Shown here: positions 28,901 through 40,400 of the stretch, piece after piece | Layout of the letters: every line of letters starts with the position of its first letter | Position numbering within the stretch: the stretch's first letter is position 1 | Assembly (NCBI GenBank): GCA_023410155.1 | Contig: JAEYQF010000374.1 | Location: forward strand, 1-54,965 | Direction of reading: 5' to 3' | From: Verrucomicrobiota bacterium | GTDB taxonomy: Bacteria; Verrucomicrobiota; Verrucomicrobiia; Opitutales; Opitutaceae | DNA length: 54,965 nt | The notes under the pieces: generated by a model | What the model was told of the DNA's origin: nothing | Databases searched by the model: none | What the model saw: the letters and a program-made list of their open reading frames with translations, nothing else | Position numbers and translations under genes: made by a program

Positions 28901-30907
28901 ATGCGTTCTCCATTCACAGCGGCTCTCGCGGCCGCGCTTTGTTTCGCCGGTGTGGCTCAGGCCAGCATCGATCCGAAGAACTTCGATCCCGTCGTGCGGC
29001 AGCACGAGGACTTCGACGAGTTTGCCAACGGCGGTTGGAAGAAGAGCAATCCCATCCCGGCGGCTTACAGCCGGTGGAGCGCGTTTCACGAAGTGAACGA
29101 GTTCAATCAGAAAGCGCTGCACGCGATCCTCGAGCAGGCGGCGGCGGGTCAGCAGTCGGGCGCGATCGGCCAGCTCGTGGGCGATTTCTACGCGAGCGGC
29201 ATGGATGAGACCGCGGTGGAGCGCGCGGGGCTCGATCCGTTGCAACCGGAGTTGGCGAAGATCGCGGCGCTGAAGGATCGCGCGGAGCTGCCGGCGTTGC
29301 TGGCGCGGTTTCATCTGCTGGAGATCGCGGCGGGCTTCGAGGTCTACGCGGAGCAGGATCCGAAGGACACCGACACCGTTATCGCGGCGGTGAGCCAGGC
29401 GGGACTTGGGTTGCCGGACCGCGATTACTATCTGCGCGAAGACGCGAAGTCGGAAGAGTTGCGTCAGGCGTATGTGTCGCATGTGGCGCGCACGCTCGAA
29501 CTCGCAGGCGACGAACCGGCCACGGCGCAGGAGCGGGCGGCTGCGATCATGAAACTCGAGACCGCGCTCGCGCGCGGCTCCCGCACGAATGTCGAACTGC
29601 GCGATCCGGTCGCCAACTACAACAAGCTGCCGCTCGCAGACGTGCAGGCGCTGACGCCGCATTTCGCGTGGGAGCGCTATTTCGCGGCGCTCGGCATCGC
29701 GGGGCCTGACGTCGTCGATGTGATGCAGCCTGACTTTCTGAAAGCGTTCGATGCGGAGATCGCCAGTGTCTCGCTCGGGGACTGGCAGTCGTATTTGCGC
29801 TGGCATCTGCTCAGCAGCGCGTCGCCGTATCTCGGCGCGAAGTTCGTGGACGAGCATTTTGCGTTTTACGGCAAGACGCTGACCGGGGCAGAGGCGCTGC
29901 TCGACCGTTGGAAGCGCGTGCTCGAGACCGTGGACGACGCTGTAGGCGAGGCGCTCGGCCAGCTCTATGTGAAGGAGCATTTCCCGCCGGCGTCGAAGCA
30001 GCGGATGCTGGAGCTCGTGGAGAATCTGCGCGCGGCGCTGCGCGAGCGTCTAAACACGCTCGAGTGGATGGACGACGCGACGCGCGAGAAGGCGCTGGCG
30101 AAGCTGAACGGCTTCCGCGTGAAGATTGGTTATCCCGACAAGTGGATCGACTACAGCGCGCTGCAGGTGGAGAGGGATTCGTATGTCGGAAACGTTCTCC
30201 GCGCGCGGGAGTTCAACACGCGCCGTGAGCTCGGCGAGATCGGCCACCCCGTCGATCGCACGAAGTGGGAAATGACACCGCCGACGGTGAACGCCTACTA
30301 CCACCCGACGATGAACGAGATCGTGTTTCCCGCGGGCATCCTGCAGCCGCCGTTCTTCGACGCGGATGCGGACGACGCCGTGAACTACGGTGGCATCGGC
30401 GCCGTGATCGGTCACGAAATGACGCACGGTTTCGACGACACGGGCCGCCAGTATGCGGCGGACGGCAGCCTCACCGACTGGTGGAGCGCGGAGAGCGCGG
30501 AACGTTTCGCCGAACGCGCGAAGGCGATCGTGGAGCAGTTCAATGGATACGTGGCGATCGACGACCTGCACGTGAACGGCGAGCTGACGCAGGGCGAAAA
30601 CATCGCGGATCTCGGCGGCTTGAAGATCGCGTATGCGGCGCTGCAGAAGGCGCTCGCGGGCACGCCGCAGACGCCGATCGACGGCTTCACGCCGGAGCAA
30701 CGCTTCTTCCTGAGCTGGGCGACGGTGTGGCGCATGAACATCCGCGATCAGCAACTGAGGTTGCAGGTAAACACCGACCCGCACTCGCCGGCGAAATTCC
30801 GCGTGAACGGCCCGCTCTCGAATCTCGAGGAGTTCCATCGCGCGTTTGAGATCCCCGACCCGTCTCCGATGCGCCGCTCTGCCAGCGAGCGCGTGGAGAT
30901 CTGGTAA
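28901..30907 (+). CDS. M13 family metallopeptidase (PepO/neprilysin-like)
   Basis: VNAYY, PAGILQPPFF, GHEMTHGFDD, GENIADLGG, DPHSP..RVNG; signal peptide. Confidence 0.95.
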   Translation: MRSPFTAALAAALCFAGVAQASIDPKNFDPVVRQHEDFDEFANGGWKKSNPIPAAYSRWSAFHEVNEFNQKALHAILEQAAAGQQSGAIGQLVGDFYASGMDETAVERAGLDPLQPELAKIAALKDRAELPALLARFHLLEIAAGFEVYAEQDPKDTDTVIAAVSQAGLGLPDRDYYLREDAKSEELRQAYVSHVARTLELAGDEPATAQERAAAIMKLETALARGSRTNVELRDPVANYNKLPLADVQALTPHFAWERYFAALGIAGPDVVDVMQPDFLKAFDAEIASVSLGDWQSYLRWHLLSSASPYLGAKFVDEHFAFYGKTLTGAEALLDRWKRVLETVDDAVGEALGQLYVKEHFPPASKQRMLELVENLRAALRERLNTLEWMDDATREKALAKLNGFRVKIGYPDKWIDYSALQVERDSYVGNVLRAREFNTRRELGEIGHPVDRTKWEMTPPTVNAYYHPTMNEIVFPAGILQPPFFDADADDAVNYGGIGAVIGHEMTHGFDDTGRQYAADGSLTDWWSAESAERFAERAKAIVEQFNGYVAIDDLHVNGELTQGENIADLGGLKIAYAALQKALAGTPQTPIDGFTPEQRFFLSWATVWRMNIRDQQLRLQVNTDPHSPAKFRVNGPLSNLEEFHRAFEIPDPSPMRRSASERVEIW

Positions 30908-30929
30908 GCGTGTGATTTGATACAGGCCG

Positions 30930-30961
30930 GGGCGCGCCGCGATACGGTGCGCCCTTTTTTT
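30930..30961 (+). terminator. Intrinsic terminator of the M13 peptidase gene
   Basis: gggcgcgccg-cgata-cggtgcgccc followed by T7. Confidence 0.85.
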
Positions 30962-31098
30962 GCGACGGATTGCACCATCGGCGGGGCGTGATCTGCTAAT
31001 GCAGCGAAATGCGCAGGTTGCGGCGTGGCGGCCAGATAACGATGGAATTTTCTGATTTTGCGGGTTGATTGCGGGAGCGGCTGGTTATCGAATCGGGT

Positions 31099-33670
31099 AT
31101 GCTCTCCCGGCTTCGTTGGTCCGCGGCGTTCGGGTTTCGGACGCGGTTCATTTCGTTCGGCTTGCTGGTGATCCTCGGCGCCGGAAGAGCCGGTGGGGCG
31201 GAAGGGATTCCCGATACCCCTTATTGGTTCAAAAATCTCGTCGGTCCGAGTGGATGGCTCACGCCGGCGGCGGCGAGCCGTCAGATGATCCGGCCGCAGT
31301 CGTTGGCTGTGGATTCGGCGGGGAATGTGTATGTGACGGATGGTTCTTACGCGGTCCGCAAAATCACGCCGAAGGGCGAGGTGACAATCCTGGCCGGCTC
31401 GCAGGCCAAGCCGGGTAATGTCGATGGGAAGGGGAGCCAGGCGCGTTTTGGCGTTCGAGATTGGTGGCGCGGGCCGGGCCTGTCGGGAATCGCCGTTGAT
31501 ACCGTCGGAAATGTCTATGTCGCGGACCCGGGCAACCAGGCGGTGCGGAAGATCACGCCCAATGGCACCGTTTCCACGCTCTCGAAGGCGGGGAAATCCG
31601 AGTATTTTGAGCCGATCGACCTGGTGGTGGATTCGTCGGGTAACGTTTTCGTCGCGACGCCCTACGCCCTCCATAAGATCACGCCGGCGGGGAAACGCTC
31701 GGTGTTGGCGGGCGACAGTTGGTCGGTGGCCCCCAAGGACGGCACGGGCAGCGAAGCGCGATTCTGGTTTTTGGACGCGATCACCATCGACGCGGCCGGC
31801 ACGCTCTTCGTGAGCGACGCTGGGACGATCCGGAAGATCACTCCGGCAGGTGTGGTGACGACGTTGGTGGGAAAATTCCAGGACGGGGCCGATGTGGCGC
31901 CCGTCGATGGTAAGAAGAGTGCGGCTCGTTTCGGACGACGGATCAGCGGGATCGCGGTCGACGCGGGCGGCACGCTCTGGGCGACCGAGCCGGAGAACAA
32001 CTCTCTGCGCACCGTTTCCCCTGCGGGCACGGTGAAGACCGTGAGCAATCGCGTCCGCAATTTCACGGATGGCGTGTTGGCGGAAGCGTATTTCGGAGGA
32101 GCCAGCGACGTCGCGATCGGGCCGAAGGGCACGATCTATATTGCAGACACGCAGAACGACGCGGTGCGCATCCTGTAATCCAACGACGCTGGCGGGTCCG
32201 ACACGCAAGGGGCTGAAGAACGCATCGGGCAGCACGGCGCGGTTCCGATTCCCCTCGGGCGCGGCCATCAATGCCGCAGGCGAGATCTTCGTGGCGGATC
32301 AAGGCAACCGTGTGGTTCGCAAGATTTCCGCTGCGGGCAAAGTGACGACCGTGGCTTTGTCACATGAAGGACGCTTGCGTCCCTCGGATGTGGCTTTCGG
32401 GGTCAACGGCACGCTCTATATTGCCGATGCCGGCGGCCACACGGTGCGGAAATATACGAAGAAAGGGGTATTCTCGGTGCTCGCCGGATCGCCGGGGGTG
32501 AAAGGCTCGGCGAATGGAACCGGGAGCGCGGCGCGATTCTCGCATCCGCAAGGGGTCGCCGTCGACACGTCAGGAAACGTTTACGTGGCCGACACAGGGA
32601 ATCGAAAGGTCCGCAAGATCGCCACCGCCGGCAAAGTCACCTCGCTCAAGCTGCGCACGCGCCAGGGCGATGTGTTCAGCCTCAAGCGCAAACCCGTCTC
32701 CGTCGCGGTCGCGGAAGACGGAACGCTGTATGTCGGCAACGACGACGGCACCATCGTGATGAAAACCAGAAAGAGCAGTTACGCTCTCGTCTCCGAGATC
32801 TGGGGAGACTTCCCGGGCGGGGGCGAAGAGCGGGAGCGCTTAGGCGAACCGCCGGGGCCGCTGTATGTGGAGGTCACTCCCGAAGGCCGGTTGCTGGTGG
32901 CCGACCGCGACGGCGGTGGAGTGCATGTTGTCCAGAAGAAGAGCTTCGGCAGCTTCACGGGCTTGTTCGGCTGGTCGTTGGCCCGCCGGGAATTTCTGAT
33001 GGAAGACTTCGACGGCTACTCCGTGCGCTTCCGCGGTCCCTCTGCCGTGGCCGTCGGAAAAGGCGGCACGGTTTACCTCGTTGATCAGCTCGGCTCGGCG
33101 GTGCGCGTGGGCAAACCCGATGCGCCAAAGTTTGAGGGGGGCACCAGCTTGGTGGCCGCCAAGGGCGAAAAATTCGAGTGGGAGCCTCGTTTCATGGGTA
33201 AGCCGACGCGTATCAAGATGTCGGGATCGCTGCCCTCGGGGCTGAAGTTCAACAAGGCGAAGACCAAGTTCAGCGGAACGCCAGAGAAGTCGGGAGTAGC
33301 CAAGCTCAAAGCTCGTGCGACCAATCCGTATGGCTCTCGCACCGCCTCGATTACGTTGCGCGTGATTTCCCGTCCGACGATCAAGGGCGTCAAAAATCTA
33401 CAAGTGATTCGCGTGAAGAAAGGCGGCTCCGCCACGGTGAAGTTGACGATCACCGATGCGGACACTTCGGCGAGCAGGCTCAAGCTCTCCACCGCGACCA
33501 CGGACCCGAGCCTGCTGCCGAAATCAGCCCTGAAGTTCAGCGGGAAAAACAAGAACCGGACGCTGAAGATCACGCCGGCGAAGGGGAAGAAGGGCGATGC
33601 TGCGACGACGATCGCGGTCTCCAACGGCTATCTCGAAGGCTGGGTCGTGATCATCGTGAGCGTGAAATGA
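31099..33670 (+). pseudogene. NHL-repeat + Ig-like surface protein split by a frameshift/stop near 32176 (fragments 31099-32178 and ~32180-33670)
   Basis: NHL repeats (AVDSAGNVYV, VRKITP, LAG) break at IYIADTQNDAVRIL* and resume in another frame as TTLAG...ARFRFPSG without a start codon or signal peptide. Confidence 0.75.
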
Positions 33671-33816
33671 TGACTTGAGGCTCCCTCCTGGCGTCACTCC
33701 CGAGGCTGGAGGCCAATCAAGATGGGATCGGCGTTCCAGGTGACGGTAACGTCCTTCGGCGGAATGCGAACGACGCACGTTCGTATCCAGAGTATCATTA
33801 CAACGGTGGTATAAGC

Positions 33817-33847
33817 AAAGAGGCCACCCGCACGAGCGGGAGGCCTC
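33817..33847 (-). terminator. Probable terminator of the PEP-CTERM gene
   Basis: gaggcc-a-cccgc-acga-gcggg-aggcctc stem with TTTG on the minus strand. Confidence 0.55.
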
Positions 33848-33898
33848 GAGGCCCGACCGTGAGCCACGGGCCGAGCGCGTGAGAGAAAATGCCAGCGT

Positions 33899-34696
33899 CT
33901 AGACGGCGATCGCGTCCGAGGTGGCCTTTACCCGACGGCGCAGCCGCAGGGCGATGACCGGCACGAGCACACCGATGCCGAAAAGCGCATAGGTGGACGG
34001 CTCCGGGATCGGCGTGAAGCTGGGCACGTAGCCGACGAGATCCTGCACGTAGGTCTTGCCCTTCTTGTCCTGGTAGCTGCCGTCGATGAGGAAGCGCAGT
34101 GCAGAGACATCGCCGAAGCCGGCGACGTCCACGTCGTCGAGTCGTGCGAGCATTTCTTGGGCGAGCGTGACGACGGCGTTGCCGGCGATCTTCGTGCTCC
34201 AAGCCTTGAATTTGCCGGAGCTCAGGTTGAACGAGTAGCTGTTGAACTCGTTCGTGATCTCCGGCACCGCGAGTTGCAGCGCGGCCGCCACGAGGGAATC
34301 CGTGCGAGTCGGCGCGTAGGCGTGAAACAGGTCCGCCAGATTCTGCAGTCGCGCGGCGGAGAGACCCGGAGCGGATGGCGTCCACTTGTCGTAGTTCGCG
34401 GGGTCGTCGCTGCCGAATTTCAACATCGCGGCAGGAGGCAGCCCGCTCGTGTTGGTGAACATCGTCTGCAGTGGATCCATGCAGAGCCACAAGGCGCTTT
34501 CGTCGTAGGCGCCGCCGATGATGAAGGGACTGGGATTGATCGAGCGCTCAGTGGAGCCGAGTTGCACCTTGATCGTGGGGCTCGACGGGAAGGCGAGGCT
34601 GACGTCCGCCACCGGAATATGGATCTGCGCATGGGCCGAAGTGGCCAGCGTCAGGCCCACGCCCAAGCAGGCGAGGGCCGACAAGAACTTACTCAT
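33899..34696 (-). CDS. PEP-CTERM protein with a putative Cys-Gln thioester domain
   Basis: Signal peptide ending AHA; WLCMDPLQ, AAALQLAVPEI, YVQDLV; IPEPSTY + TM helix + RLRRR. Confidence 0.85.
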   Translation of the reverse strand: MSKFLSALACLGVGLTLATSAHAQIHIPVADVSLAFPSSPTIKVQLGSTERSINPSPFIIGGAYDESALWLCMDPLQTMFTNTSGLPPAAMLKFGSDDPANYDKWTPSAPGLSAARLQNLADLFHAYAPTRTDSLVAAALQLAVPEITNEFNSYSFNLSSGKFKAWSTKIAGNAVVTLAQEMLARLDDVDVAGFGDVSALRFLIDGSYQDKKGKTYVQDLVGYVPSFTPIPEPSTYALFGIGVLVPVIALRLRRRVKATSDAIAV

Positions 34697-34937
34697 GATA
34701 TACGGGAGTTTTGGTTTTGATGTCCCGAGGAAACCGCTCCACGGCGACGGGGCCCAGACCTCTACGGCGCGCCGGTGTTTTGCCGGCGACCAGCAATCAG
34801 GTTTCGCCCGATGGGGCTGGTGCAGCAATCCATGGCGGTCACCCAGCGACCAGAACCGGCCGCGCAAGAGTCTGGAGCCGTGCAAATTCGCCAACCGCCC
34901 TGCGCGGCCGAGTCACGTGGTGACCCTGATGCGCGGG

Positions 34938-37187
34938 CTACTTCAGCACCTTGAACAAACTCACCTGATCGTCCGTCCAGAGCGGACCTTCTTTCAACGG
35001 AGCAGGCGGATCATCGAGCAGCGCGGCGATGGCCGGATCTTCCTTCACGTAGGGGTTGCGCGTGACGAGGATCCATGTCGTGCCGTAAAGCCAGCGCTTT
35101 TCCTTGTCAGGGAAATCGGAAATCGTGAATGCCTCGCAGCCGAAGTGCCGCGCGAGTTGATGCACGATCGGCTCCAGGTTCAGATAGCGATTCGACGTAT
35201 GCACCGCGATGACCCCGTCTGGCTTGAGGTGCTTCAGGTAGATCTCGAACGCTTCCTTCGTGAGCAGATGAACAGGAATCGCGTCGCTGCTGAAGGCGTC
35301 CAGCGCGAGCACGTCGAATGCCTGCGGCTCGCCGCGCGCGAGTTCCTGCTCCAGGGAGAGCCGGGCGTCACCGAGCACGAGTTCGTGATCGGCGCGGGAT
35401 TGCGACAGATACGTGAACCGCTCCTCGGCGAGTTTTATCACTTCGGGGTTGATCTCGTAGATGCGGAGTCGATCGCCGTCTTCACCGTAGGTCGCGAGCG
35501 TGCCGACGCCGAGCCCGACGAGTCCGATGTGGCGTTCGCCCGGCGGCAGGCGGTCGATCGCCAGGCCGACGCCGCTTTGGCGTCCGTAGTAGGTCGTGGG
35601 CCACGCTGATTGGGGCCACGAGACGAACTGCATGCCGTGCGCGGTCACGCCGTTGACAAGGGAGAGATAGTGAAGCGCAGGATCGTGGGTATCGTGTTCA
35701 AACACGTGGAGCACGCCGTAGAAATTGCGCACGCTGAAATCGGCTGAGCGCTGTTCTCGCCCGATTTGCACCATCAGGATGATGCCGAACGCGGTGGACA
35801 GCAGAAACACGAACCCGCCCACGCGCGGTTGCCACGTAGAGAGCCACCGACGCCCTTCGGTAAACGTCACGATTCCGATCAAGGTGAAGCCGAGGATGAA
35901 CCAGCCGTCGCGTTTCAGGATCGCGCCCAACTCGCTCCCATACGTCTGGGGCGTCTCGCTCGTGACCAGCGCGCTCGCCGACAGCGCCGGGATCACAAAC
36001 AGCGCGGCGAGCGTGCCCAATGCGAGACCTCCGGCCAGCGCGCGCGTGCGCTGGCGGAAACACAGGGCGCCGATCAGATAGCTCGTCAGCCACAGGCCGA
36101 CATGGAGCTCGAAGTATCCATCAAACAGATACGGAGCGCGGAGCGCGAGGTAGAGGCTGCCTGTCGCCCCGCCTGCCGCGATCCAGAGATAGAATCGCGT
36201 GAGATGCCGGGGCGAGGGGCGCAGCCGATATAGTTCGCCGTGGCAGATCATGCAGCCCGCGAACAGCGTGCAGGTGTAGCCGAGCACCTGTTGCCAGAGC
36301 CTGGCCGAGTGCCCGGCCCCGAGCAGGTAAACATCCACGAGGGCGCCGAGGGCGAACAGGGCGCCGAAGATGCCGCGCGAATACCACCGCGGATGATCGA
36401 AGCACAGGATGAAGGTGAGCAGATAAAGGCTGAGCGGCAGCACCCACAGGAACGGCACCACGGCGAGGTCCTGTGTGAGCTTGTTGGTCGTGGCCAGGAG
36501 CAGGATCGAGGCGACGGCGGCCAGCACGAACCAAAGCAGCGCGTCGAGCGGAGCCGGTCGGTCCGAGGCGAGCGAATCGCCGGCCTCGTCGGGAGTCGTG
36601 CGCGCGGTGAATTTCCACACACGGGCACCGGACCAGGCTGCGAACACGGTGAAGACGACCAGGCCTGCGCCCCAGAGCGTCGCCTGACTTGCGCGGGGGA
36701 ACGCATGCTCGAAGTAGAACGGATAGGCGAGCAGCGCCAGCAGGGAGCCGGCATTGGAGAGGGCGTAGAGCCGGTAGGGTGGAACTCCGGGATTTGCGCG
36801 GCTGAACCACTGCTGCATGAGCGGTCCGGTGGCGGAGAGCACGAAGTAGGGCAGACCTACGGTCGCCGCGAGCAGGGCGAGGATGCGCCAGATCGGTTGC
36901 TCATCGCCCTGCGGCTTCCAGACGACGTCAGGCGCGATAGGCAAGGAGAGGATCGCGAGAACCAGCAACGAGAGGTGCAACAGCACTTGTCGACGTGGAG
37001 ACAGCCTCGTCGAGGTGAAGTGGGCATACGCGTAGCCGGCGAGCAGCAAGGTCTGGAAAAACAACAGACACGTGGTCCAAACGCCGGGCATGCCGCCGAA
37101 CCACGGGACGATGTATTTGCCGATGAGGGGCTGGAGCGCGAAAAGGAGGAAGGCGCCAGTGAAGAGGGAGAAGGCGAACGGCAGCAT
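34938..37187 (-). CDS. Fused membrane / spermidine-synthase-like SAM methyltransferase protein
   Basis: AFLLFALQPLIGK, PYRLYALSNAGSL, CHGELY, TTYYG, VGLGVGT, YEINPEV, GDARL, LDAFSSDAIPVHLLT, LWTDD. Confidence 0.9.
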   Translation of the reverse strand: MLPFAFSLFTGAFLLFALQPLIGKYIVPWFGGMPGVWTTCLLFFQTLLLAGYAYAHFTSTRLSPRRQVLLHLSLLVLAILSLPIAPDVVWKPQGDEQPIWRILALLAATVGLPYFVLSATGPLMQQWFSRANPGVPPYRLYALSNAGSLLALLAYPFYFEHAFPRASQATLWGAGLVVFTVFAAWSGARVWKFTARTTPDEAGDSLASDRPAPLDALLWFVLAAVASILLLATTNKLTQDLAVVPFLWVLPLSLYLLTFILCFDHPRWYSRGIFGALFALGALVDVYLLGAGHSARLWQQVLGYTCTLFAGCMICHGELYRLRPSPRHLTRFYLWIAAGGATGSLYLALRAPYLFDGYFELHVGLWLTSYLIGALCFRQRTRALAGGLALGTLAALFVIPALSASALVTSETPQTYGSELGAILKRDGWFILGFTLIGIVTFTEGRRWLSTWQPRVGGFVFLLSTAFGIILMVQIGREQRSADFSVRNFYGVLHVFEHDTHDPALHYLSLVNGVTAHGMQFVSWPQSAWPTTYYGRQSGVGLAIDRLPPGERHIGLVGLGVGTLATYGEDGDRLRIYEINPEVIKLAEERFTYLSQSRADHELVLGDARLSLEQELARGEPQAFDVLALDAFSSDAIPVHLLTKEAFEIYLKHLKPDGVIAVHTSNRYLNLEPIVHQLARHFGCEAFTISDFPDKEKRWLYGTTWILVTRNPYVKEDPAIAALLDDPPAPLKEGPLWTDDQVSLFKVLK

Positions 37188-37417
37188 GGGTTAGGCCGGC
37201 AGACACGGAACACGCGCCGGCGTGCGAGCGGCAAGTGCGATTGCGCGGAGGTCCACGTGGCACCATCTCGTCCAAGCGTGCCCGGTTAGGCCGATCAGGG
37301 GACCTAATTCCAGTTGGAGCCGGGCTGTAAAATGGGCGCGCGGACCTCTCCGGGGTTTTGCTGATTGCTGCCCTGATCCAAGGAGCCGAGGCTGTGCGCT
37401 CCCTCTTCGACTGCCCC

Positions 37418-40400
37418 ATGCGTATCCCTGCTGTAACCGCAGCCTGCGTCGCAATCGCGCTGCTCTTCACCCGAGCTGCCACCCTTTCCGCTCAAACACT
37501 CCCGGAAGGCACGATGTGGATAGGCACGGAAGCCGGTTGGGCGTTCCAGTCTACGTTCCGTCCCATCATGAGCGGCGTGGCGGACGTTGCCGAAGGGAAT
37601 TATCACTTGCTGGTGCTCAAGACCGACGGGACGTTGTGCATCACTGGAAAAAACGGTCAGATGGAGCTTGGGCAGCCAGGCGTGAAATCGCTCGAGAGTC
37701 TAACGCAGATCGCCTCGGGGGTGAAAGCGATTGCGGCGTCCGATTACGGCAGCTACTTCGTGAAAGACGACGGCACGCTTTGGGTCGCGGGCACAAACAT
37801 CCCTGTTGAGGTCGATCCAGGCCTCCCGGCAATCGCCCCTGAGTTTGTTCAGATCGCAGAGAACGTGGAAGAGGTGAGCGCGGGGCATGGGTTCGTCTTG
37901 GTCCGGAAGACCGACAACACCGTGTGGGGAACCGGGGCAGCATATTCGGGGCAGTTGGGAAAAGGTTCGGGCGATTCCCCGTCGGGGTTTATTCAGATCG
38001 AAGAGGGAGCCAAGGCGATCGCCACTGGTTTCGGTCATACTCTGGTGCTGAAGCAGGACGGAAGTCTCTGGGGTGCTGGATCCAACGAGTTCGGCCAGCT
38101 GGGTTTGGAGGATTCCTCGAATTTCATGAGCTTCGCGCAGATCGCCACGGAAGTGAAGGCGATGGCTGCTGGCCCGCACCATACGGCGTTTGTGAAGAAT
38201 GATGGCACACTCTGGACCTGTGGAGCGAACAGCGAGGGGCAGATTGGAGATGGCACCCTCGATGATCGGAGGACGCCTCATCCCGCTGCCTCGGACGTCG
38301 TCTCCGTGGGCGCAGGTCCTGGCGCAATCTGGTTTATCAAATCGGATGCGACCCTCTGGGCGACGGGCGGACAGGATTTTCAGGGTAATGGCGCCGGGTC
38401 GGCTGGTCATAAGTCGCCCGTGCAGATTGCGACCGGAGCGAAAATCGCGCGGCCGGTGGGCGGCACGAAGTTCTACCTCGACACCGACGATGTCTTGTGG
38501 GGCGCCGGGTATCCCGTGGCGGGTGAACTCGGCGACCGTGGGCTGACGCCTGAGTTCGGGCACGCATTGGATTCGGTCTCCCTCGTGGCCACGAATGGGT
38601 TCGATAGTTGGGTCGTTAAGCCTGACGGCACTCTCTGGTCGGGCGCTCTCCCGACCCTGGCACAGGTGCCTGGCGTCACGGACGTGAAGGAGATCGCGGC
38701 AGGGGCCAGTTCCAGCTCGGCCTACTACCTCAAGACCGATCACACCCTCTGGCGAATCGCCCGCGGCGAAAAGGCGAAGAAAATCGATGCTGACGTGAGA
38801 GTGATTTCAGCGGGAAGCAACTATGTCGCTTATATCAAGAGCGACGACACTCTCTGGGGCTGGCAGGAATTCTATAGCATTGGCGTCGATTTCGGTCCCA
38901 CGAACACGCCCGTTAAAGTGGCGGCAGGGGTGCGCTCCGTTTCCGCGGCAGCCTGGCATATGCTTTACGTAAAGAACGATAATACGCTGTGGGGCATGGG
39001 CTACCCGTGGCTGGGCTTCACGAACGCTCCGGCGTGGGGCTCTCCGTATCGTTCAAATCCGGTTGAGCTTCTGACGGGCATCAAGGCGGCGGCAGCACAC
39101 TCTGAGCGCAACGCCTACATCTCGACCGACGGTTCGCTCTGGGTCTTGGGAGCCGGATTCTCCGACAGCGCTGGGCCGGCCGTCAGGATGGACACCGGAG
39201 TGTCGACTGTAGCTGTTACTGACAGAGATGTTTTCTACAAAAAGGCCGACGACCTCCTCTACCGCAACCGGACGGTGTTGCACCCTGGCGTGCAGAGCTT
39301 CACCGCCACTGGATGGCCGCTTGCCCTCATTCAGCGCGCACAAGGTCTTGTGGCCCCCACGGCAGCTTCGCCGGCTCGGACGGTGAAAACGGCTGTGGGC
39401 GCTTCGCTGATCCTGGATGCAGCGTTCTCGGGCTCCGCTCCGATCTCCTTCCGATGGGAAAAAGATGAGGAGCCGGTCGACTCCGTGGAGCGGGTCGCGT
39501 CCGATCGTCTCACCGCAAGGTTGACCGTGCCATATGTGCAAGAGACCAGCACGGGAAGTTATCGGGCCATCGGCCGTAACACGGCCGGCGAGGCGGTCAG
39601 CGAGGCGGTCGCGATCGCACTCGTCCCGGGACTGTCCGTCAGCTCTATCCCCGACCAAGTCATCGAACTCGGCGCGGCCACTGAGTGGCTGCCGTTCCAG
39701 CTCTCCAACGGCGGATCCGAATCGGCGATCGTGTTGAGCGCTGAGAGCTCGAATCCCGATGTCATACCTGTGGAGAACATCTCCTTTGCCGGGGCCGGCG
39801 CCGCTCGATCCGTGCGCGTGCAAGCGACTGACGCACGCGGCGGAGTCGCAGTCATTTCTGTCTTGATCACCGACGGCGGCGAAACGGCGGTGACCCAATT
39901 TGTTGTCGGTGTAAATGGCCCCCCCTCGATCTCCTCGATCGCGGACCAGACCATCAACGAGGACGAAAACAGCCTGTCTGAGATCACGGTCTCCGATGAC
40001 CTCACGGCCGACCGCGATCTCCTCATCACCGCGTCCAGTTCCAATACCACGCTTGTCAGTGCCAACTCCGTCAAGATCACGGGCACGGGTTCCACGCGCA
40101 ACGTGCAGGTGTCACCCGTGCGGGACCAATCCGGCTCGGCCGTCATCACCCTCACGCTATCGGACGGCGCTTCATCGGTCACGACGAGCTTCACACTTAC
40201 TGTCGTTTCCGTGCCCGATGCTCCGCGGATTGAGGCTATAGCCTCCCGCACCGTCGAAGAGGACTCGCCGGTGCAGACGTTCTCCGTCGTGGTCGAAGAC
40301 CCGGACTCTCCGCGGTCGAATCTCACCTATCAGGTCTCCCACACCAACTCTGCTTTGGTGAACTCGTCCAAGCTCGTGCTTACGCCGACCGCTTCCGGTT

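Noticed and set aside
33690..33800. Small minus-strand ORF (MILWIRTCVVRIPPKDVTVTW...) in a lower-GC spacer
   Set aside because: About 34 aa, no recognisable motif, and it lies downstream of a terminator; insufficient support.
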